A stretch of DNA of 64,000 nucleotides, taken from the NCBI GenBank assembly GCA_964383675.1, contig CAYLHX010000003.1, positions 2,412-66,411 on the forward strand. The letters are read 5' to 3'. Positions 57,071 through 64,000 of the stretch are shown here, piece by piece. How positions within the stretch are numbered: the stretch's first letter is position 1; the number at the start of each line of letters is the position of its first letter. The notes beneath the pieces were generated by a model. It did no database searches. It saw only the letters and a program-made list of their open reading frames with translations, and was not told the origin of the DNA. A program made the translations under genes and the position numbers. This DNA is from an uncultured Candidatus Peribacteria bacterium (GTDB lineage Bacteria > Patescibacteriota > Gracilibacteria > UBA1369 > LOWO2-01-FULL-3).

Positions 57071-57548
57071 ATCTCACCGGTAGCTCCAAACTCAAATCAT
57101 TTTCCGGTAGTCCAGAAGCATTAGCCTTTCTAAAGACTAAAGTTCCAGTATCGGTTGTTGGATTTGCGGAGCTGATTTCGCCTTCAAAATCAACAAAGTC
57201 TTCCTGCATCCAGTCTTCCTGAGCTTCTACGATAGTGGTGGCCAGGCTATCACCATTGCTGTCCAGCAGCTCAACCATAAAACTTGCCTCAAAGAACCAT
57301 GGCCCTCTTGCCTCTCCTTCAATTACCAAAGGAAATTGCACCATCTCATCCGCCTCCGGACTATCAATAATTAAACCCTGAGCCTCAAATTGCGCCTCTA
57401 AATCATCTTCATCGATTTGGTCTTTATCTTTTTGATCGTCAACTTGGCCGTTATCCTGGTCGTCGGTGTCCGGTGTCGCCTCAAAAGGCTCGCAGGCGGC
57501 GAATACCAAGGAGGTAATTAGCAGCAAAGCAATTAATAAATTTTTCAT
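57063..57548 (-). CDS. Lipoprotein with a Gmad2-type Ig-like domain
   Basis: Lipobox LVFAAC, an acidic linker, then IDSPEADEMVQFPLVIEGEARGPWFFEASFMVELLDSNGDSL. Confidence 0.55.
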   Translation of the reverse strand: MKNLLIALLLITSLVFAACEPFEATPDTDDQDNGQVDDQKDKDQIDEDDLEAQFEAQGLIIDSPEADEMVQFPLVIEGEARGPWFFEASFMVELLDSNGDSLATTIVEAQEDWMQEDFVDFEGEISSANPTTDTGTLVFRKANASGLPENDLSLELPVRFN

Positions 57549-57673
57549 AGTAAATGGTTAATAGATAAACCCTTATACTAATTAATACGTATGAAACAGG
57601 ATTTAGTTTCACTATTTTAGTGGATTGCTAAAAAAATCGGCCGGTGTTATCTTCAAGTTAATAGGCAAAAAGC

Positions 57674-60463
57674 ATGAATAACAAAAACATCTATTATCAG
57701 TTAACTGTCGATGAGACGCTTGAAAGCCTTGATAGCAAAGCCGATGGTTTAAACGATAAAGATGCCAGGGAGCGCCTTAAGCTGTATGGCAAAAATAAGC
57801 TAAAGATTCAAAACAAAACCCCTCTGATCTTTAGGCTGTTAAAACAGGTTAAAGACTTAATGATTATTATCCTTATAGTCTCCGGCCTTTTCTCAATTTA
57901 TCTGCAGGAGTATCGCGATGCCATTATCGTTTACTCGATTGTGGTTATCAACGCGCTGATCGGATTTTTTCAGGAGTATAAGGCGGAGAAGATGATGGCT
58001 TCGCTCAAGGTTATGGTTGAGGCCAAGGCTAAGGTTATCAGGATGGGTAAAGTGATTGAGATTGATGGCGCTGACCTGGTTCCGGGAGATATAGTGGTTA
58101 TTGAAGAAGGGGATGCCGTGCCGGCCGATCTGAGAGTTTTGCAGGACAATAATCTTTCCACCAACGACTTTGCGTTAACCGGTGAATCCAATCCTACCAA
58201 AAAGTTCACGCATGAAATAAAAGGTGCCGTACCTTTAGGGGACCGCAACAATATAGCCTTCATGGGAACCACAGTGGCCACCGGAAATGGTCAGGGAATT
58301 GTGATCGCTACCGGAATGGAAACCGAAATAGGCCGTATTGCCCATTTGAGCCAGGTAAGTACGGATGGACTTTCTCCTCTGCAGAAAGAATTAAATACCG
58401 TAGCCAAGAAACTCTCTTTTGCGGCTTTAACCATCGCCTCTTTGCTTTTCATTGTGGCCATTCTACTGGATTTCGGTCTTAAAGAGGCGGTCTTATTTGC
58501 TTTAGGCATGGCCGTTTCTGTTGTTCCTCAGGGACTTCCGGCTCAGGTATCGATTGCTCTTTCGCTGGCTGCGGGGCGTCTGGCCAGGGAAAAAGCAATC
58601 ATTAAAAAGCTCTCGGCCGTGGAAACCTTAGGTGCCACCCACATCATCTGCACCGACAAAACCGGTACCCTGACCAAAAATGAGATGACCGTGCAGAAGC
58701 TCACGATTGGGTACCAAGAATTTACGATTAGCGGATTGGGTTATGAACCAAAAGGAGAAATTCTCTACAACAACAAACCGCTTCAAGCTGCTGAGTTGGA
58801 AAAATACAAACTAGTTTTCGAAACCGGCTCTTTGGCTTCCAACGCCAAGATCAATGCTCCGGACGAAGAGCACCACAGTTGGTATGGCATAGGAGACCCC
58901 ACCGAGGCGGCTCTAATAACTCTGGCCCTCAAGGCCGGCGTGGATACCGAAAAGCTAAGTAAAGAATGTACTGAACTTAAGGAATTCACCTTTGATGCCG
59001 TGCGCAAAAGGATGTCTTCGATTCGTCAGTGCGACGGTAAAATCATAGTTTTTGTAAAGGGTGCGCCGGAAAGAATCATGGAAAATTGCAACTCTTATTA
59101 TGATGATGGTGAAATAAAACCGCTTACTGAGGAATTTAAAAAATTCATCGAAGAGACCGACAAAACCAATGCCGGAGAGGCTATGCGCAATTTGGCCTTA
59201 GCCTATAAAGAAATTGATCAATATGACCCTGAGGCCAAGATGGAAGACATCGAAAAGGATTTAATTTTCCTGGGCGTGGTTTCCATGATCGATCCCCTGC
59301 GTGAAGAGGTAGAGGAGGCTTTGCAAATGGCTTTAAGAGCCAATATCAGAGTGATTATCATAACCGGAGACTATCCTCTAACCGCGGAGGCCATTGCCAG
59401 AAAAATAGATCTGGCCAAGTATAGTCACCATGATAAGGAAATTACCGTAATTACAGGAGCCGAATTACACAAAATCTCAGACATTGAGTTATTGCACCAG
59501 TTGATTCACAGCAACTTGATTTTTGCCCGCACCTCACCTGACGACAAGCTGCGGATAGTTGATTTGTTAAAGAAGGCGGGCGAAATAGTCGCGGTTACCG
59601 GCGACGGGGTGAATGATTCGCCCGCCCTCAAAAAAGCCGATATAGGAGTTGCCATGGGCAAAACGGGAACGGAGGTGGCAAAGGAATCAGCAGAAATAAT
59701 CCTCCTCGACGACAGCTTTGCCACCCTGGTAACAGCCATTAAAGAGGGCAGAACGGTTTTTCAAAATCTCAAAAAAAACATCCTCTCCTCCCTCACCTCC
59801 AACGGCGCCGAACTCTTTGCCGTACTCTTAAGCCTTGCTTTCGGTATTTTATACGACTTTCCTCTGGCTATTCTGGTGGTGCAGATCCTAGCCATCGATT
59901 TGATAGGAGAAATGTTGCCGCTTACCTTTCTTACCTGGGATCCACCACAAACCGAAATCATGACCGAGGCCCCCCGCAATCCCAATCAGCACATCTTAAA
60001 CCGCAAGCGGCTGATAGACATTATCTGGAGTGGTTTTTTAATGGGTGGGCTGGGCTACCTCAATTTCATACTATTCTTCCAAAGAGCCGAGATTGACCCG
60101 GCCGGTCTTTCCACCGATACAATCACCTACATGCAGGCCACAACCCTAACCTACGTTAGCATCGTCTTCACTCAATGGATGAACATCCTCTCCCGCCGCG
60201 CCGGCGAAACAAATTCAGCTTTCACTTCCTATCTTTTTTCCAATAAGCGTCTCCTCGTCGGTTACGCCATTTCTCTCTTCCTACTGCTAAACATCTCCTA
60301 TAATCCCTGGATTAGCCATTTTTTCCGTACAGCTCCGCTCTCGCTGATAGATTGGCTCTTTGCCGCAACAGCAGCGCTAAGCTTCTTCCTCATAAGAGAA
60401 GGCTACAAATTTGTTTCCAGATGGCAACTCTCCCAGGCATCCAATCCTCCTTCCAAGTTGTAA
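57674..60463 (+). CDS. P-type cation-transporting ATPase (P2, Ca2+/Mg2+-ATPase-like)
   Basis: TGES, the phosphorylation site ICTDKTGTLT, KGAPE, the hinge TGDGVNDSPALKKADIGVAMG, and about 10 TM helices. Confidence 0.9.
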   Translation: MNNKNIYYQLTVDETLESLDSKADGLNDKDARERLKLYGKNKLKIQNKTPLIFRLLKQVKDLMIIILIVSGLFSIYLQEYRDAIIVYSIVVINALIGFFQEYKAEKMMASLKVMVEAKAKVIRMGKVIEIDGADLVPGDIVVIEEGDAVPADLRVLQDNNLSTNDFALTGESNPTKKFTHEIKGAVPLGDRNNIAFMGTTVATGNGQGIVIATGMETEIGRIAHLSQVSTDGLSPLQKELNTVAKKLSFAALTIASLLFIVAILLDFGLKEAVLFALGMAVSVVPQGLPAQVSIALSLAAGRLAREKAIIKKLSAVETLGATHIICTDKTGTLTKNEMTVQKLTIGYQEFTISGLGYEPKGEILYNNKPLQAAELEKYKLVFETGSLASNAKINAPDEEHHSWYGIGDPTEAALITLALKAGVDTEKLSKECTELKEFTFDAVRKRMSSIRQCDGKIIVFVKGAPERIMENCNSYYDDGEIKPLTEEFKKFIEETDKTNAGEAMRNLALAYKEIDQYDPEAKMEDIEKDLIFLGVVSMIDPLREEVEEALQMALRANIRVIIITGDYPLTAEAIARKIDLAKYSHHDKEITVITGAELHKISDIELLHQLIHSNLIFARTSPDDKLRIVDLLKKAGEIVAVTGDGVNDSPALKKADIGVAMGKTGTEVAKESAEIILLDDSFATLVTAIKEGRTVFQNLKKNILSSLTSNGAELFAVLLSLAFGILYDFPLAILVVQILAIDLIGEMLPLTFLTWDPPQTEIMTEAPRNPNQHILNRKRLIDIIWSGFLMGGLGYLNFILFFQRAEIDPAGLSTDTITYMQATTLTYVSIVFTQWMNILSRRAGETNSAFTSYLFSNKRLLVGYAISLFLLLNISYNPWISHFFRTAPLSLIDWLFAATAALSFFLIREGYKFVSRWQLSQASNPPSKL

Positions 60464-60720
60464 ACGTTCTCAAAGCCCAGGCCACCCAAGACCTCACAGG
60501 CCTGCCCGCCGCGTCCTCCCTTCTTGCAGTGGACATAGATGTTTTTATAAGGCTTAAGCTCTTCCAGGCGCGTTTCCAGCTCGTTTAAGGGGATATTTAT
60601 TACCCCCGGGATACGCTTCTCCAAATATTCCTCAGGAGTTCTTACGTCTATAAAAACATTTTCATGTTTATCGGAGTTTTTTATCAGATCACAAAGTTCT
60701 TCAGCTGAAATAGTTTTCAT
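60403..60720 (-). CDS. Single-domain rhodanese (sulfurtransferase)
   Basis: Active-site loop YVHCKKGGRGGQA and C-terminal NLEGGLDAW. Confidence 0.85.
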   Translation of the reverse strand: MKTISAEELCDLIKNSDKHENVFIDVRTPEEYLEKRIPGVINIPLNELETRLEELKPYKNIYVHCKKGGRGGQACEVLGGLGFENVYNLEGGLDAWESCHLETNL

Positions 60721-61441
60721 ATAGAATTGAGATTAAATATATTATTGGTACATGTATAACATAGATTATCAGTGACTTCCTTCCCAAGTAAATAACAACT
60801 CTGCCCCAAACACTTTCCTTCAGCACTCTCCGCAGAGCACTGAAATGATCCTTCAATAATGCCAGGTAAAGATGCCCGAAACTGATACCAAATAAAACCA
60901 CAGCACTCCACGGAAAGATGGAGAAATAGTCCAACGAGGCAAAAGGGCCGTTAAATCCCAAAATGAACAAGAATAAGTTCTCGGTTTCGATAGCGCTTAT
61001 GTAGGAACCAACTAGAATTGCCGTTATACCAAGAATAAAACTCAATAACGGACGTTTAGAGAGCGGACTCAAAAATAAAATACTAAAAGCGATGAAGTGT
61101 AAAATTCCAAACTGCACCCATACCTCCGGCACCACCAAATAGCTGACCAGTGAAATCATCAAGGCAAAAAATACACATATCAGGCCACGCTTAAACTCTT
61201 TACGGTAAAAATCCCAACTTCTGCCACGCGCTAAAACGAAAGAAACGCCGACAAGTCCCAAAAAGGAAAATTGCACCAGTCTGGCCAAAACCGTCCACCA
61301 GAAGGAATGCATATCTTGTATCAACAGTCCCTGAAAATTGAAGACAAAGAAAAAGTGGTAAATAATCATACCTATTACAGCCATTCCCCGCCAGAAATCT
61401 ATCTCCGCCAGGCGTTCTTTCTTTGATTTTTGATCAGCCAT
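60701..61441 (-). CDS. DUF1624 / heparan-alpha-glucosaminide N-acetyltransferase-like membrane protein
   Basis: The N-terminal RLAEIDFWRGMAVIGMIIYHF and a polytopic layout. Confidence 0.6.
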   Translation of the reverse strand: MADQKSKKERLAEIDFWRGMAVIGMIIYHFFFVFNFQGLLIQDMHSFWWTVLARLVQFSFLGLVGVSFVLARGRSWDFYRKEFKRGLICVFFALMISLVSYLVVPEVWVQFGILHFIAFSILFLSPLSKRPLLSFILGITAILVGSYISAIETENLFLFILGFNGPFASLDYFSIFPWSAVVLFGISFGHLYLALLKDHFSALRRVLKESVWGRVVIYLGRKSLIIYVIHVPIIYLISILYENYFS

Positions 61442-61443
61442 GG

Positions 61444-62205
61444 TTAGTGTCCGGGTGCTTCAAATAGCAAAAGCAAAAACATTATAGCAATTCCCAGCAC
61501 AAAGAAGAAAAACTGCAAAAGAGACTTTTTAACTGCCACCTCCTTGTGTAGTTCCGGAATCAGATCGGCCGAAGCGATATAAATGAAGCTACCCGCGGCG
61601 AAAGGAATAAGATAAGTGGTAAGATTTTCCACATAATGGTCTAGGAATAAAGCGATGATCGTGCCCAAAAGTGAAAGTAGGGCGGTCGCAAAATTCAACA
61701 TTAGAGCTTTGAACTTTGAAAAACCACCATGCAAAAGTACGCCAAAGTCTCCAATTTCTTGAGGAATCTCGTGCAAAATTACCGCGATAGTTGTGGCAAT
61801 ACCAACCGGAATGCTTATCATGTAGGCAGCTCCAACTATCAAGCCGTCAATAAAGTTGTGTACGCCATCCCCGAACAGATTCATCCAGGCAAAGGGATGC
61901 GGGTGATCGTGAGTTGTGGTGTGATGGCAGTGACGCCAGTGAATAATCTTCTCCACGATAAAAGAAAAAGCGATACCCACCATGATCATAATGGAAATAT
62001 CTATTCCAAAACCGTGTTCTTCGGCAATTTCCGGGAGTAGGTGGACAAAGGAGTCTCCGATCAGGGCGCCGGCGGAAAAACTGATCATATATATGAGTAT
62101 GCGGTCTAAAGTTTTAGGTTTTATTGAGAGCGTAAAAACACCAACAAGCGACATCAAGCTGATGAGCAGCACACTACCAATCGCGTATAACCATACTGTT
62201 TCCAT
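61444..62205 (-). CDS. zupT: ZIP-family divalent metal transporter (ZupT-like)
   Basis: His-rich loop HWRHCHHTTTHDHPHP and the conserved HNFIDGL / HEIPQEIGDF helices. Confidence 0.85.
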   Translation of the reverse strand: METVWLYAIGSVLLISLMSLVGVFTLSIKPKTLDRILIYMISFSAGALIGDSFVHLLPEIAEEHGFGIDISIMIMVGIAFSFIVEKIIHWRHCHHTTTHDHPHPFAWMNLFGDGVHNFIDGLIVGAAYMISIPVGIATTIAVILHEIPQEIGDFGVLLHGGFSKFKALMLNFATALLSLLGTIIALFLDHYVENLTTYLIPFAAGSFIYIASADLIPELHKEVAVKKSLLQFFFFVLGIAIMFLLLLFEAPGH

Positions 62206-62214
62206 ATGAGATTA

Positions 62215-62652
62215 TTATTTTTTAAAACATTTTTTGCAGATTCCCGAAAACTCAAAATAATGGCCTTCAAAAATCAGCTCGGAAAAATTTTTCTTCAATT
62301 TTTCAATAAAAGTGGAGTCATCAACATGTATTTCACTAACTTTCTCGCATTTTTTGCAGACAAACTGATGATGACAATGTTTTGCCTCACAGCAGTCATA
62401 GTCCTGACAAGCCAGATAGCCCTGCTGCTCCTTTACAAAGTGTACCAATTTTAGCTTTTTGAAAACTTCCAAAATCCGATAGACGGTGGAAACATCGATA
62501 CTAAACCCTTGAGCACCGATTACTCTGCATATTTCATAAGGGTTTTGTGCCACCGCATCTTTAGATAGTGCCTGTAGTACTAAATGGCGCGGTTTGGTAA
62601 CTCTGTACCCTGCTTCCTTTAAACGTTGCTCTGCAAAATCTGTGTATTTCAT
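62215..62652 (-). CDS. Fur-family metalloregulator (probably Zur, judging from the ZIP neighbour)
   Basis: A winged-helix N-terminus (GYRVTKPRHLVLQAL) and C-terminal Cys/His sites CQDYDCC, HCHHQFVCKKCEKV. Confidence 0.85.
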   Translation of the reverse strand: MKYTDFAEQRLKEAGYRVTKPRHLVLQALSKDAVAQNPYEICRVIGAQGFSIDVSTVYRILEVFKKLKLVHFVKEQQGYLACQDYDCCEAKHCHHQFVCKKCEKVSEIHVDDSTFIEKLKKNFSELIFEGHYFEFSGICKKCFKK

Positions 62653-62671
62653 AGTGCTGAGAACTTATCAC

Positions 62672-62703
62672 TATTGCAATATTATTGCAATAACTTTTGC
62701 AAT
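62672..62703. promoter_or_regulatory. Candidate Fur-family operator: three phased TTGCAAT palindromic cores
   Basis: The palindrome TATTGCAATA occurs at 62672..62681 and again at 62683..62692, with a third core TTGCAAT at 62697..62703. Core spacing is 11 and 12 bp. The site lies 20-50 nt upstream of the repressor start codon. Confidence 0.45.
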
Positions 62704-62765
62704 TTAGTTTAAATGAGAGGCAGTGTCACTTGATTATTCCGATCCGGTAGGCGTACAATTCCTTT

Positions 62766-62987
62766 ATGAGCAACTATTTAGCTATCATCACAGTAGTAAA
62801 TATAGTATCGCTTATAGGTCTCTATCTTATTCTTCGCAAAATAGCCGAAATGGTTCGTCGACAAATCCATATTTTGGGCCCGGATGCGCGTTTTTTGGTG
62901 ATCGTTAACTCTACCAAAGTATTTCGCTACATTTACATTTTATTGATTATTACTTTGGCCGCCACATCGTATCTTTTAATCCGTTAA
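62766..62987 (+). CDS. Small two-TM membrane protein
   Basis: A 73-aa protein with two hydrophobic helices. Its stop abuts the next ORF start. Confidence 0.35.
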   Translation: MSNYLAIITVVNIVSLIGLYLILRKIAEMVRRQIHILGPDARFLVIVNSTKVFRYIYILLIITLAATSYLLIR

Positions 62988-63575
62988 ATGCGTCGACTGG
63001 AATATCGCGAACAAAAATTTTCCGAAGAGATCCTACTTGCTTTAAACGAGCATTGGATCATTATTCTAAAACCTCTACTTGCGCTTTTAATCGGCGTGGC
63101 GATTTTTGTGGTAATACTTTTAACGGCTTTGGGATTAAAAGCGGAGAACTTTATCGCCGCTGAGGCGATCATTATAACTGATTACATCGCACTCCTTCTA
63201 TTAATTCATTGGGTTTTTATCTCACTTTTTGAGTGGTCTATCTCCAGTTGGTATATCGGAGAAAAGCATCTGGTGATATTTAATACCCTGCCATACATCA
63301 AAAATGACGTTACTTTTATCAAAATAGCCGAAATCGATGAGATTGAGGAGGAACAACACGGGCTCCTGGCCAATATCTTCAATTATGGCAAAGTGAAACT
63401 CAATCTACCCGCCTCACCCAAGCCGGTTTTTCTCTATTTCGTGCCACAACCAAGCAAAGTGGTTAACATCCTGGAAGCGATAAGGGAGAACCGTTTTTAT
63501 AAAGAGATTGAAATAGATGTTTTAAGAAGGTTATATAGGCGTAGGATAAAATTTTCCGTAAAAGATAAATCATGA
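62988..63575 (+). CDS. Membrane protein, possibly with a bacterial PH-like (YdbS/YdbT-type) domain
   Basis: Two TM helices are followed by a segment KHLVIFNTLPYIKNDVTFIKIAEIDEIEEEQHGLLANIFNYGKVKL. The assignment is weak. Confidence 0.4.
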   Translation: MRRLEYREQKFSEEILLALNEHWIIILKPLLALLIGVAIFVVILLTALGLKAENFIAAEAIIITDYIALLLLIHWVFISLFEWSISSWYIGEKHLVIFNTLPYIKNDVTFIKIAEIDEIEEEQHGLLANIFNYGKVKLNLPASPKPVFLYFVPQPSKVVNILEAIRENRFYKEIEIDVLRRLYRRRIKFSVKDKS

Positions 63576-64000
63576 GGCTTGATCAGTATTTAGTTAAAGA
63601 GGGCTTTTTCACGAGTCGTGAAAAAGCCCGTACCGCAATTGAAAAAGGTCTTATCACGCTCGACATTCAACCTGCCTTAAAGCCGGCCACTAAAGTGTTG
63701 CCAGCTTCAAATATCAAAGTTAAGAGGATCAAGAGCTATGTCAGTCGTGCCGGTACTAAATTGGAACAGGCCATGCGGCATTTTCAAATCAATCCCGAGC
63801 ATTACCTTTGTCTGGATGTAGGTAGTTCCACCGGCGGTTTTACTCAATATCTTCTAGAAAATGGTGCCAGCAAAGTTTTTGCGGTGGACGTCGGCACCAA
63901 TCAAATGGCTGAAGAACTGGCCAAACATCCAAAGGTTGAACTCTTTGAAAACACCGATATAAGAAATTTTGAACTGCCCTCCGGCCTCACTTTTGACCTG
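63572..64000 (+). CDS. tlyA: TlyA-family rRNA 2'-O-methyltransferase, N-terminal part (runs off the window end)
   Basis: Hand translation gives MRLDQYLVKEGFFTSREKARTAIEKGLITL (S4-like), then YVSRAGTKLEQAM and CLDVGSSTGGFTQYLLENGASKVFAVDVG. The start overlaps the upstream stop (ATGA). It is not in the ORF track because no stop lies inside the window. Confidence 0.85.
   Translation, partial: MRLDQYLVKEGFFTSREKARTAIEKGLITLDIQPALKPATKVLPASNIKVKRIKSYVSRAGTKLEQAMRHFQINPEHYLCLDVGSSTGGFTQYLLENGASKVFAVDVGTNQMAEELAKHPKVELFENTDIRNFELPSGLTFDL

Overview
This is a 64-kb fragment of a moderately AT-rich bacterium that looks like a small-genome organism. The gene content resembles Patescibacteria/CPR: type IV pilus genes, three SLH-domain surface proteins, an LCP enzyme, a stray HNH endonuclease and compact housekeeping genes. 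That taxonomic assignment is inference only. The standard genetic code applies, since TAA, TGA and TAG all terminate well-recognised genes.

Genes in order:
- A partial large secreted protein that runs off the window start.
- A type IV pilus locus (two pilins, PilC, PilB, two membrane components) with an HNH gene inserted on the opposite strand.
- rplJ-rplL, miaA, mazG, recJ, an SLH protein, an NrnA-like DHH phosphoesterase and yebC.
- A BASS-type transporter followed by a malic enzyme, an SLH protein, hisS, tsaD, a NUDIX hydrolase, cca, a SAM methyltransferase and an EamA transporter.
- A roughly 7.8-kb island at 27.3-35.15 kb (described below).
- A bactofilin-like membrane protein, rlmD, a PrsW protease gene interrupted by an in-frame TAG, an HExxH protein, an LCP protein and tRNA-Gly(UCC).
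- A block of orphan genes, yajQ and an SLH protein.
- A tightly packed operon at 50.1-57.1 kb encoding a guanidino-modifying enzyme, five ATP-grasp domains and a PLP decarboxylase.
- A P-type ATPase, a rhodanese, a DUF1624 protein, a ZIP transporter with a Fur-family repressor and a candidate operator, two membrane proteins and partial tlyA.

The stand-out is the island at 27310..35148 on the minus strand. It encodes a 687-aa reverse transcriptase, a 1092-aa MoxR/AAA_5-type ATPase and a zincin-vWA fusion protein. Two tandem, promoter-equipped copies of a roughly 220-nt structured RNA precede them. The RNA helices are preserved between the two copies by compensatory changes, and each unit closes in a retron-like way (terminal inverted repeat followed by UAGC). 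I do not recognise this combination as a described system. No rRNA genes, CRISPR arrays, transposases or integrases were seen.
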